Shown: positions 12,203 to 23,689 of the stretch, in pieces
How the letters are laid out: each line of letters begins with the position of its first letter
Numbering within the stretch: the stretch's first letter is position 1
Source of the DNA: Octopus vulgaris
Lineage: Eukaryota
Direction: 5' to 3'
DNA: 64,000 nucleotides
Assembly: GCA_951406725.2 (NCBI GenBank)
Contig: OX597815.1
Location: 51,088,001 to 51,152,000, forward strand
Program-made: the position numbers and the translations under genes
The notes under the pieces: model-generated
What the model was told of the DNA's origin: nothing
What the model saw: the letters and a program-made list of their open reading frames with translations, nothing else
Database searches by the model: none

Positions 12203-14301
12203 TGAATTATATCATACCTCTTCAAGTTTCCATGTTCTTATGACATAAACCACAAACACTTCTTGCTGGTAAGCCTCTAAAATGAATGAAAAAATTCAAA
12301 GAAGTGTTTTGGTACAATAATAGAACATCTGTTATGTTTACAGATGATGTGAGTTCAAGTCCCACGTATATCCTTTGACTTTTTCCACCCAATGAGTTTT
12401 TCAACTCAACATTTTCATGCTATTATTTATAGATTTATTTACTTTTGAGTTCCACCATTTAAAACAATTTGTTAAATGTATGTATATTGAGGATATACAT
12501 CCAATAAATATATTTGTATTATTCCACTAATATCTCTTTCCAGAAATGTAAAAATGCATTTACCCTTTAAATCTCTATGAAGTTTCTATCACACTATAAA
12601 TAGAACATTGCTCATACATTTTAGGGTACGTTATACTCAAACTGTCTACTGATACAAGACTAGAAGGAAAGCAACATGTATAATAGAGAAACCATTCTCA
12701 TGGAACAACTCAGATTACAGTTTTTGTTTAATTGATGGACTGTGTGTATGATAATCTTGCTTTTATTAATACACCAAAAGCCCCTCCTATTGCTAAATAC
12801 TAAATGTCATATATATATAAGATGCACCCAGAAATTGCACTCTTTATCTTTATGACATGTTTTTCATATCTCTTACATTTCCTTTTCTATAATTTCTTAT
12901 TTAGTGTCCAATTGCAGGCTGTCATGGCTTTCCATCTTATCTAATTATAATTTCTACATAAAACTAATATAAGGTTTTTTTTTTTGGGGGGGGGGGGTTC
13001 TTGCAAGCCTGGTTATGCTGACATTTATTTCTTGTGTACAGATTCATATTAACAACAAAAAACTCATTGTGTGTATTAGTTTGTTTTTTTAACAGAGTTC
13101 AACATTCTGAACAATAAGCACATATTAGAAATTATCAGACATTGTCAGATTAGCATCATCATTAATCATGAGTCAGAAGAAAGTTGCTGAGGCAGATTTT
13201 CTACAGCCAAATGCCCTTCCAGTCACAAACCCTCACCTATATCCAAGTAAGGCTATGTTCCCCATGACCAGCTATGTGATACCTATCACATGACACCAAG
13301 GAAAGTAACACATATACACACAAACATATACAATAGGTTTCTTTTAGTGTCAATCCCCCAAGGCTTTGGTTGGCCCAGGGCTATAGTAGAAGGCACCTGC
13401 CCAAGATGCCACCCAGTGGGATTGAACCAGAGACCATGTCATTGTGAAGCAAACTTCTTCCAACACAGCTATGCCAGCACCAATATCAGATATCTTGCAA
13501 GATTTTAATAATTATTTAAGATTAATACAAGTTTAGTTTAAGTTAATATTTCATTAGTGTGATGTCTAATTAATGATAATAAACTTATAACAATCACTTG
13601 CAATTAAATATGGCTTGGTAGTATGTACCATGCTTTCACTAATTCTTTAAGTTGCCCATGGAGCCATGACCATCCAGGAAGTGACAACACATGGACTCAC
13701 CCCAACCACTAGGCTACGCATCTTCACACAATAATTAATTCTTTCAAAGAAGTTATGTGATTATGTAGAGGCTTCCTCATTGGTCATGGTTAGTTTAGTC
13801 TATTGAAATCCAATAAAGACATTAAATCTCTATTTACTTCAATGATAATGCATGTGTATCTTGTTTTTGGATGAACACAATGACTTGCAATTGCCTTATC
13901 AACAATAACACACGACCATTGATCAAATCATTTGCCAGAGTAGTAAACAGCTTAAGAATCATTTTAAATTATATGCACTGAGATATATCATCATCATCAT
14001 CATTTAACGTCCGTTTTCCATGCTAGCATGGGTTGGACAGTTCGACTGGAGTCTGGGAAGCCAGGAGGCTGCACCAAGCCACAATCTGATCTGGCAGTGT
14101 TTCTACAGCTGGATGCCCTTCCTAATGCCAACCACTCCATGAGTGTAGTGGGTGCTTTTTATGTGCCACTGGCATGGAAGCCAGTCAAGGCAGTACTGGC
14201 CTTGGCCACATTCAGATGGTGCTTTTTACGTGCTACTGGCACAGAAGCCAGTCAAGGTGGCACTGGCATCAGTATCTATCTATCTATCTATATATAGATA
14301 G

Positions 14302-14332
<31 letters not shown>

Positions 14333-14343
14333 GATAGAGAGAT

Positions 14344-14375
<32 letters not shown>

Positions 14376-14448
14376 TCAGAGACAGAGAGATAGAGAGATA
14401 TCAATATATATATATATATTTATACCTATAAATATGTGTGCATACGTA

Positions 14449-15720
14449 TTAGGTTGTCAAAAAAGTTCTTGCAGTTTTTAACCTTTAAATTCAGATGCAT
14501 ATATCTCGGCTCAAACAAAACTTTACTAATTGAAATAAACACCATCAGAATCAAAACACTTTTGCCAATGCGAAACAAGTTTATTTATGCCAGTAGTGAA
14601 AAATTCTGCGTTCTAGTGGCGATGAAGTTGTTGAAGGCATGTTTGACATCATCTTAATTTTTGAAGCATTTCTCATGCAGTAGGTTGTCGAGATGCTTGA
14701 AAAATTGGTAGTTGGTAGGCGAAAGGTCTGGTGAGTATGGCGAATGAGGCAGAGTTTCATAGCCCAATTCTTTCAACCTCTGCAGGGTAAGTTGTGCAAC
14801 ATGCGGCCAAGCGTTGTCATGGAGTAGAATTGGTCCTTTTCTATTGACCAATGCTGGCTGTTGCTGTCGGAGTTTCTTAAGTATTTCATCCATTTGCTAA
14901 CAGTACTTCTCCACTGTAATGGTTTTGCCTGGATCCAAAGAGCTGTGATGGATGAGACCGGCCGCAGCCCACCAAACAGTCACCATGGCCTTCTTTTGGT
15001 GCAACTTTGGCTTCAGGAAGTGCCATGGAGCTTCGGCGGCGTCCAACCACTGAGCTGAGCTGAGCTGGTTGTCATAAAGAATCCACTTTTCCTTGCAAGT
15101 CACAATCCGGTCGAGAAACGGGTCGTTCTTGTTGCATAAATGAAGGGAAGATGACATTTCAAAACAGTGTTTTTTTTGGTTGTCGGCACCCATTTCTCAA
15201 GTATTTTTGTTTTTCCAATCTCTTTCAAGTGGTTGGAAATTGTCGTATATGTTACTTCTAATTCAAAAGCAAGCTCTCGAACAGTTGTGTGTGGATTGGC
15301 TTCCACTAAGGCTATTAGTTGATCGTTTGCAACATCTGATGGCCGACCACTACACTTATCATCTTCAAGACTCTCATCACCGTTATGAAATTTCTTGAAC
15401 CACCATTGTGCTGTACGTTAGTGGTTCCTGGGCCAAATGCATCATTGATATTGCAAGCTGTTTCAGCAGCTTTTCAGGTTAGTTTGAACTGGAATAAGAA
15501 AATTGTGCGGATTTGCTTTTTGTCCATGTTGTATTCAATGTTCCAGAAAAAAAATGGCCTAATTATTCAAAAAGAAAAAGAGTAGCACGGTTAGATAGAG
15601 CAAAAAACGAGCTTTAAAATTATATATAAAATGTCATAGTAATTTAATGAAAATTAATTTGAAAATACATAATTTAAAACCAAAATTAAAAATTCCGCAA
15701 GAACTTTCTTGACAACCTAA
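14449..15720 (-). mobile_element. Full-length (1,272 bp) dead mariner transposon
   Basis: TIRs TTAGGTTGTCAAAAAAGTTCTTGC / GCAAGAACTTTCTTGACAACCTAA, with TA duplication at 14447-48 and 15721-22. Confidence 0.92.
14526..15527 (-). pseudogene. Mariner transposase pseudogene (Hsmar1/cecropia-like, DD34D)
   Basis: MDKKQIR..., KWVP, IVTCKEKWILYDN, LLHDNAWPH, HSPYSPDLSPTNY and ...GVYFN* are spread across several frames. Frameshifts are present and the first and third catalytic Asp are altered. Confidence 0.9.
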
Positions 15721-15751
15721 TAAGTATGTATATATGCATACATGTGTGCAT

Positions 15752-15859
15752 GTATTTCAAACAAGATCAGAAAAAAATTATCTTTATGGTCATTGTTATG
15801 TCAATAGCTAGATAACAATGACCATCAAGATAATCTTTTTCTGGTCCTATTTGAAATAC
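15752..15859. repeat. Imperfect inverted repeat (48-bp arms, 12-bp spacer)
   Basis: GTATTTCAAACAAGATCAGAAAAAAATTATCTTTATGGTCATTGTTAT vs ATAACAATGACCATCAAGATAATCTTTTTCTGGTCCTATTTGAAATAC. Confidence 0.75.
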
Positions 15860-16728
15860 CTCGCTAGATACTTCCCTTGCTTGCTACAGTTTGCCTACTG
15901 GAGATCATCACTCTCACCACTGGAGGATCCCATTACTCTGCTTGTGGTTGTTAGAATAATAGTGAAGAACTAGAAACATTCAGTTGATGTCTGACAGTTT
16001 TACTTTCTTTAGACACACAGAACAGTTGAACTGAGAATTGTTAGCTGAATGGCAGATCCAGCAAGTTTTCCGTTTTTGACACCTGTGATCCCTGTTTACA
16101 ACTAGGTGGACTGTGCTATTTGAAAGTTAAGTGCTGTTGCCACTGATACAACATAATGCTAACAAGTCAGTTAGTTGTCTGCTACCCTAATCACTCACAC
16201 ATCCACACACTTCTGCCTAGAATAGGAACCAGTTTTTTTTTCTTTTTTTGTGGTGGTGGGCTCAAGAAAGTTACCATTAATATACCGATGTCCTATACAG
16301 GTTACATATATCTTTCATTTTGAATAACTCCATAGGAAACCCACAATAAAGCATCAGATAAACTGTTGTGTTTGTCAAGGGATTGGTTTGTATAAGTTGA
16401 GGCATAAAGCTGAGATTGAACTTGCTCGAACTTTTTCCTTCACATATAATCATATAGCAATATTTTACTTCTTTATTTATTAGTTACTTTATTTTTTTCG
16501 TCATTTGCACACTTCTCTTTTATTTACAAGATATTTCATGAGCCATTCATGAATTGCAAGACAGAAAAAGTTATTTTAGTACCAATCATGTTTCTTCCCA
16601 TCCCTCTAAAAGTCATTTTGGTGTCTCTGATTGTTTATTACCATTTCTTTCACTTTTTACAAAGCCATCGATTATTAGCAGGATTTCACTATATGCCAGA
16701 TAAAAAGGTTTGGAGTCTGTGATTGTAA

Positions 16729-16760
<32 letters not shown>

Positions 16761-17982
16761 CAAGAGAGACAGAGTGAGAGAGAGAAGTTGTCACTTTTAG
16801 ACAAGGGGAAAAAATATTTCACTATATTATGCAAATACAGGAAGAGCCATCAATAAACTGGACGTGTTTAGGGGCAGTGGCCACAGACTTCCTTTCTCAG
16901 AATGTAATATGAATATCTAAAAGATGGGTCAGGGTTGATGTAAATCATAGTTGCTTTTTTTTCCTTTCTAGAGAGAAGATATCAACCATTTTTGTCAATG
17001 AACAGACATTTGTTATTGGAATAATCTGCACAGAATTTTTTTTAATTAATGGAGAGAAAGAAGCAGAGTCCTTTTTCTGTAAAATACTTGTGTTAGTGTC
17101 TCCTTACAGTACATTTGCTCTTTACAAAAAATGAATAAAAAGAAAACAAAAAAATACTTTAAAATGTAAACTAAGTGAATTTAGACAGTTTACTCAAATT
17201 GACATATTGAATTTCTTAAACTTTCACTTTTCAGCTAGAACATTATTTATAAATATTTCCGATGAAATTTATCATTCTGATTCCAAGACAGCTCTCCTTG
17301 TTTAGTTAGTGGATAGAATTTATTCTTCTTATTGTAGACATTGTTATTTTTTTATCTAAATTAAAGGTTTTTTTTTTTCAATTATTATTGAAAATATCAC
17401 ACAAATTATTCAAGAAATTATGTCCAGTGACACATAGAAAGTATATGAATTTTGTGGAAATTCTCTTTCTGCATATATTAACAGATAGCAAATTATTGTA
17501 TTTTGCAAGCAATTTCAAATAATAAGTCAAATATAATTAAAATACAGTGTATGTGTTCCTATTTGCTTATAAAGATATATTATTTTACAGGTAAGCTGAG
17601 CGGATACTACTCAACATGTCTGCAAAAATGCCCAAGTTCTTGTTTCACAATTAGGTCTGTGCAATGCCATGTTGTATTCATTGCCAAGACAGACACCACT
17701 TTCTCTCCTTAGGTGGTCATAAATATGATGGTCTGCAAGTCTGACCAATATCACCACTTGTAGTTTAGTTAAAGTCTGTCTTACTAAGGATACTTTGGGC
17801 TGGCCTCCATCAAACTAACTTGCCTTACACACTCTACATGATGATGAAGCCTAAATTAGCATTTCATGGTGGTTCTCAAGATTTTGTTCTTAAAATTTAT
17901 CTGCAATAAAATGGTTATACTTCTGCAATACACAATTATCTAAATACAATTCCTAATATTTAATTTAATTGTAAGAATATTA

Positions 17983-18598
17983 TTCTTTTATTTGTTTCAA
18001 TCATTTCACTGTGGCCATGCTGGAGCACCACCTTGAAGGATTTTAATCAAACAAGTTGACCCCATAACTTATTTTTTAAGCCTAGTACTTATTTCATCGG
18101 TCACTTTTGCCAAACCACTAAGCTATGGGAATGTAAACAAACCAACACTGGTTGTCAAGTGGTGATGGTGGGACAAATTCAGACATACACACATAGATAT
18201 ATACATATATATAATTATAGTTCAAGCTTACAGAAAACAAATGACGAAGACAGGTGTAGGAACAATAAGCAGGTATATTAGTTTAACGCTTGGGAAAAAT
18301 GGAAAAGTCTTTTACATTTCAAACCCATGCTCTTCGACAGAAAGGATTAAGAGGAAAGAGATGGAATGAGAATGAAAAAACTGAGAGAGAAAAAATGTGC
18401 AAAGTTCCACAGTCCAGCATGGTGAGGTGTGTATGTATGTATACAATGAGCTTCTTTCAGTTTCCATCTACCAAATCCCCTCACAAGGCTTTGGTCAGCC
18501 TAAGGTTATAGTACAAGACACTTGCCTATGGTGCTACACAGTGGGATTGAACCCAAGATCATGAGATTGGGAAGCAAGCCTCTTACCATACAGCCACC
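17983..18598 (-). mobile_element. SINE family A, full-length, itself interrupted at its central microsatellite
   Basis: Reverse-complement tail TTGTTTCAATCATTTCACTGTGGCCATGCTGGAGCACC and head CTTACCATACAGCCA. The 18217-18420 insert lies inside it. Confidence 0.75.
18217..18420 (-). mobile_element. ~200-bp repeat with a minimal hammerhead relic (copy 2)
   Basis: Minus 18309-18344: CUUU-CUGUCGA-AGAGC-AUGG-GUUU-GAAAU-GUA-AAAG. Confidence 0.5.
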
Positions 18599-19067
18599 AT
18601 ATTATAGGATTTTTTTAAACATCGAATGGTTAGAAGGGTTCATCCAAATAAAATAGAAACCAAAGAGGTCCATAGGAAAAAGAATGGTTGAGAAACCCTG
18701 ATCTAACAACTTATTAATCTCACTATCTTGTTGACCCATAATTAGAGAGTATTTATAAGAATATTGTAATTACACAATGTTTCATTCAAACAAAATAAAG
18801 AGTGACTATGACTTCAAAGTTTCACCCACAGAAGCTCATTGTTTGTCTGATGAGCTACTGCTGGTGAAACTTACTTCAGTCCCCTAACATATTATTTGAA
18901 CAAAATATACCATCCTATAGAATTGTACTTGTTGAATGAATAAGGTCTTAATTGATCGATCAAAGAGGCATAAGAGGCATAGCTTTAATCCTATATCTAG
19001 GATTGATTTATATATTTAGGTGGTTAATCTCTTTAGAGTTCCATGTTTTGTTAAAATTTAGTACATA

Positions 19068-19239
19068 AGGCAGAGGAGTGGTTGTGTGATAAGTAGCTTG
19101 CTTACGAGTCACATGGTTCCAGGTTCAGTCCCACTGCATGGCACCTTGAGCAAGTGTCTTCTACTATAGCCTCAGGCCAACCAAAGCCTTGTGAGTGGAT
19201 TTGGTAGACGGAAACTGAAAGAAGCCCGTCGTATATATG

Positions 19240-19270
<31 letters not shown>

Positions 19271-19505
19271 GAATGTGTGTGTATGTGTTTGTGCGTCTGT
19301 GTTTGTCCCCCCAACATCACTTGACAACCGATGCTGGTGTGTTTACGTCTCCGTAACTCAGCGGTTCGGCAAAAGAGACCAATAGAATACGTACTAGACT
19401 TACAAAGAATAAGTCCTGGGGATCGATTTGCTCGATTAATGGCAGTGCTCCAGCATGACCACAGTCAAATGACTGAAACAAGTAAAAGTGTAAAAGAGTA
19501 AGAAA
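19068..19505 (+). mobile_element. SINE family A, full-length, relatively young
   Basis: tRNA head (TGGTTGTGTGA...GGTTCAGTCCC), central (TA)n/(TG)n, 3' GACTGAAACAAGTAAAAG tail. CpGs retained. Confidence 0.85.
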
Positions 19506-19549
19506 GAATAGCTGCTATTGTTGTTTAGCCCTGAGTTAGTGCTGATTAA

Positions 19550-19767
19550 CCTATTAACATTCAGACTATTCTGGCAAATGTAATACCTATTTATTCACAT
19601 TGTTTTGAATTAATCCTACATTATCACATAGCTTTGAGATTTGGATGATGTAATAATTTATTTTTTAGAATGAATTAGGGTAGGTATGAAAGGCCAGATC
19701 TAGCTGGTTTGAACATAAAACAGTTAGGATATTTTGGCCAGATATGACCAGTTTAAATGCTTAAGTG
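19550..19767 (+). mobile_element. TTAA-flanked (piggyBac-type) MITE, degenerate
   Basis: TTAA|CCTATTAACATTCAGA ... AAATGCTTAAGTG|TTAA. Same family as 51904-52119. Confidence 0.55.
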
Positions 19768-19938
19768 TTAAGAAGATCTGTGATCAATGACCATTGTTTT
19801 GTACATCCAGGACTATATTTTTCAATGCACCCTACCATGGTTTTCTTCTGTGGTATTTATTAGACTGATGCAGTTCATTATTGTTGGAGTTTCAATCCAG
19901 ATAAGGCTGCATGTTGTAGTCTACATGATAACCAGCAC

Positions 19939-19982
<44 letters not shown>

Positions 19983-20426
19983 TTATATAAGATATATGCA
20001 AACAAACACATTTGTCTTGTTATACGAAAGTGATTGTAATCCTGTTTCATATATATACACATGAAAATACACAACAAATAATGATAAAATAGATTTATGA
20101 GGTTCTTATATGCCCTTGTCAACAACAGTCCCACACTATTTTCGATTCTTTCCTTACACTTTTTCTGAAATCTAATATATAACTAACAACAAAATGAAAC
20201 TACAACTATGACATACCATAAAAACATAAGTAACAGACACACAAATAATACAGTGTGTTTTCTGTTTGAGATTTTTTTTTTCTCTCTCTTGTCTCTAGGG
20301 CACCTGATATGTTGACTATTCTGTCCATTTGGTCATGTGATACAGTATATCATAGCTCAGTGGGCCCATCTCTCAGAAACCCTAATCCTTTATCAGTTGA
20401 ATAGCAATAATCTCCCTCTCACTTCA

Positions 20427-20427
<1 letters not shown>

Positions 20428-20475
<48 letters not shown>

Positions 20476-20476
20476 G

Positions 20477-20569
<93 letters not shown>

Positions 20570-20575
20570 TTATCT
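20428..20575. repeat. (TATC)n microsatellite
   Basis: Long tetranucleotide run, which explains the 'YLSI' ORF. Confidence 0.95.
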
Positions 20576-20828
20576 GTGTTTTTGTCTGTCTGCTTATCTA
20601 AATATTATTCTTAGTAGCAGTGCATATTTATTGCTTCCTCTCTTTCATTTTTTTCCCCTTTTTTCTGTTGAAAGTCACTGCCAACAAATCCACAATAAAA
20701 CAAGCTTCAAGCAACTACTTCATATGTTGAGAGTTATAGAAGGAAAAAAAAACAAAAATAAAAGAAAATCTTATATGAAGCTTCTCTAAGAATCATGAGA
20801 AGGTCGACAATGAACTCAAGATTTAAAT

Positions 20829-21061
20829 CAGTGTTTCTCAACCATTTTTTTACCTATGGACCCCTTTGATTCCTATTTTACTCAGGTTGAACCTCTTAGC
20901 CATTCAATGTTTAAAAAATCATAGTATATTTTTATAATCAAATATTATTAGGAATCGTATTTAAAAAATTAGAATATTCTGAGTATTATATTATTATATT
21001 TTAGCAACAAAATTTTATATGGATCCCCAAGGGCCAAATGAACCCTGGTTGAAAAACTCTG
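20829..21061 (+). mobile_element. hAT (Charlie-like) MITE
   Basis: TIRs CAGTGTTTCTCAACC / GGTTGAAAAACTCTG with an 8-bp TSD ATTTAAAT/GTTTAAAT. Confidence 0.8.
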
Positions 21062-21482
21062 GTTTAAATTAACTAAAATTATATTCATCAAGCAAACAAG
21101 AAGGAAGTGAATGCTATAAGACAGATGTTTGAGGAACGAAACTATGAGGATAGTAACAGTCCTTACAGGAACTGAAAGGATGAGAATTTGCAGAAAAAAC
21201 AGATACTCAATTAGACAAGTTATTAAATTAATAACAAAGGAACCAGAGAAGAAATTTCAGTAGAATAACAAAGGTAGAAGTATTCATTAGTGGCCGTGTG
21301 GTAAGAAGCCTGCTTCCAAACTACATGGTTCTGGGCTCAGTTCCATTTAATGGTACCTTGGGCTACTGTCTCCTACTATAGCATCTGGCCAACCAAAACT
21401 ATGCGAGTGGATTTGGTAGATGGAAACTGAAAGAGGCTCATCAAATATATATATATATAAATATATTAATTGAAGTTTACAG

Positions 21483-21742
21483 TATTATATATATCCATTA
21501 TAGCTGATCTTACCCATCGGTTTTGCACTAGGAGTTCAACAAAGTGTCAGGTAACAGTCTGATTATGTAACCCTGTGCTCAGCAGCGGTAGCTGTTATGG
21601 AACCACAGTCACTATATTTCATTCCATAATGGCTATCTCTGATGAGAACAGGGTTACATAACTGGACTGTGACCTAACACTCCATTGAATCTCTAGTGCA
21701 AAACTGATCGGTAATCTAGGCCATAATGGATATACAATACAA
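21483..21742. repeat. Degenerate fold-back palindrome (~120-bp arms)
   Basis: Paired blocks TATATCCATTAT/ATAATGGATATA, GTTTTGCACTAG/CTAGTGCAAAAC, TTATGTAACCCTGT/ACAGGGTTACATAA and TTATGGAA/TTCCATAA. Confidence 0.75.
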
Positions 21743-21960
21743 TGCAATACGATTAATATACCAACTCCATTGAAAGTGAATTTTTTCTTGATTTATGGAC
21801 TTTTAAACGACTTACACACACACTAATAAGTATGCATTCTGAATGATCAAATAGCTGTACCACCAAAATTCCAGTTTGAACCACAGTTGAAGTTGTGGTT
21901 ATGTAAATGCTTTGTTCACAATGGCTAAAGGTGGCTTCCCTTTGAATCAGTAGGTATATT

Positions 21961-22146
21961 TTAAAGTAGTGAGGAGGAAAGGCAAACAATTAAGCAAGAC
22001 ATGACAAGGACATTTAATTTAATCTAATTCAGTCTAATTTAGCTACATAACAGTTCATTATGTAGGTAGCTAAACTAGATAATTAAATCAAATTACATGT
22101 TCTGGTTATATTTTGCCTAATTGCTTGCCTTTTCTCTCTACTTTAA
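21961..22146. repeat. Degenerate fold-back palindrome (~90-bp arms)
   Basis: Paired blocks TTAAAGTAG/CTACTTTAA, AAAGGCAAACAATTAAGCAA/TTGCCTAATTGCTTGCCTTT and CTACATAA/TTATGTAG. Confidence 0.65.
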
Positions 22147-22157
22147 CCTATATACAT

Positions 22158-22185
<28 letters not shown>

Positions 22186-22188
<3 letters not shown>

Positions 22189-22950
22189 GTGGCACAACAA
22201 GGTACCAATTTTTGCTGGAAATAGTAATTACTTTTATGATAAACATATTCTGAAAAGTTCAAAACTCGAGTACTAGGTTGTCCATTTCTCTAGCATTCTT
22301 CCTAGAGGTAAGACGAAAATCTTTTATATTCACCACCCCCACACATTTTTGCTTCTATACATTCAGTGTAGTTTTACTTTGCCTCGAACAGTTATCGGCT
22401 GCTATTTCCATCAAAAATTGGTACCTTGTTGTGCCACTATTTCCTATTCATAATTCTACCTTTACAGTGATTTATTTCAATGGAAAATGATATTATTGTA
22501 TTGTAATAATATTTATATTTTTATATAAAACTTTTTCACTGATCTCAGGCTTGTTTATGGCTGGGGCTATTGGCCAAGTATACAGGCATCGATGTAGCAG
22601 ATATTTTAAATTTAGTCTCATTGGTTGACCTAGCTGATAAGAACCAATCAGTTTTATGATAACAAACATATTCTGAAAAGATTGAAACTGAAGTACTAGG
22701 AAGTCCATTTCTCTGGTATTCTTCCTAGAGGTAAGACAAAATTTTTTTTATATTCGCTGCCCCCACACATTTTTGCCTCTGTGCATTCATTGAAGCTTTA
22801 CCTAGCGTTGAACAGTTATTGACTGCTATTTCCAGTGAAAATTAGTACCTTGTTGTGCCACTATTTCCTATATTTAATTCTACCTTTATGGTAGAATTAT
22901 TTATTTCACTGGAAAATAATATTATTGTACTGTAATAATATTTATACTTA
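22186..22950 (+). mobile_element. Second hammerhead-bearing Penelope-like/retrozyme-like element (423-bp unit, short inverted 5' arm)
   Basis: 22232-22525 is imperfectly repeated at 22652-22950. 22186-22224 is the reverse complement of 22402-22440. (TA)n flanks. Confidence 0.7.
22629..22700 (+). ncRNA. Degenerate type I hammerhead ribozyme (GUA cleavage triplet, 22693-22695)
   Basis: CCUAG-CUGAUAA-GAAC...(GAUU; GUUC in the upstream copy)-GAAAC-UGAA-GUA-CUAGG. The upstream partial copy has the palindromic stem III ACUCGAGU-A-CUAGG (22264-22277). Confidence 0.65.
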
Positions 22951-22981
22951 TATAGATATATACATACATTCATATATATAT

Positions 22982-23150
22982 ATAGTAAATCCCAGAAAGA
23001 AAAACAAGCACAAAAAACACAACGTATTAGAGAAGGAAAGAAAGATGGTTTAATGTTTCGAGCAGATGCTCTTCTTTGGAAACAGAGGAAAGTTCAATAG
23101 ACAGGAAAATGGAGGAAGAAAATCACTAACAATTCACATGTGGTTACATT
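22982..23150 (-). mobile_element. ~200-bp repeat with a minimal hammerhead relic (copy 3)
   Basis: Minus 23048-23083: GUUU-CCAAAGA-AGAGC-AUCU-GCUC-GAAAC-AUU-AAAC. Confidence 0.5.
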
Positions 23151-23151
23151 T

Positions 23152-23215
<64 letters not shown>

Positions 23216-23689
23216 GCATATATTTATAAGTGTGTGTCTTTGTATTTATGTTTGATCCTCCCCACCACTTGACAACCAGTGTTGGTGTGTTTACATCCCT
23301 TTAACTTGGCAATTTGGCAAATGAGACTGATAAAATAAGTACTAGGCTTTAAAAAATAAGTCCTGGAGTCAACTTGTTTGACTAAGACCCTTTAAGGCAG
23401 TGCTCCAGCATGGCAACAACCAAGTTGCTGAAAGAAATAAAAGATTACATACTAGATTTTGCTGGCTTTCACACTTCATCTTTCTCTTCCAGTTATTTTA
23501 TGTATATTTACATATTTCTATATATTTTATATGTGATGTCTTATTTTTTTCTATATGTCCTTGTCAATAATAAACCAGCACTATTTTTGGATCTTTTTAA
23601 ATTTCTTCCAACCTTTTGAAGTATTTCAACTTTTCACCAGAATTTTTTTCACAAATGTAACATTTTCTTGATGAATACAATTTTTGATA

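Larger units (their letters stand above)
17865..18700 (-). mobile_element. hAT-type MITE (same family as 20829-21061) interrupted by a SINE
   Basis: 17940-17982 and 18600-18700 match the reverse complement of the 20829-21061 element. Ends GGTTGAGAAACCCTG. Confidence 0.6.

Noticed and set aside
20337-20789. 150-aa ORF and similar ORFs (28878-29540, 54376-54584, 56698-57472)
   Set aside because: Open only because of (TATC)n, (ATT)n, (TATG)n and (CA)n microsatellites.
21638-21715. CTGATGA motif followed by a hairpin
   Set aside because: No correctly placed GAAA or NUH. Part of a fold-back palindrome.
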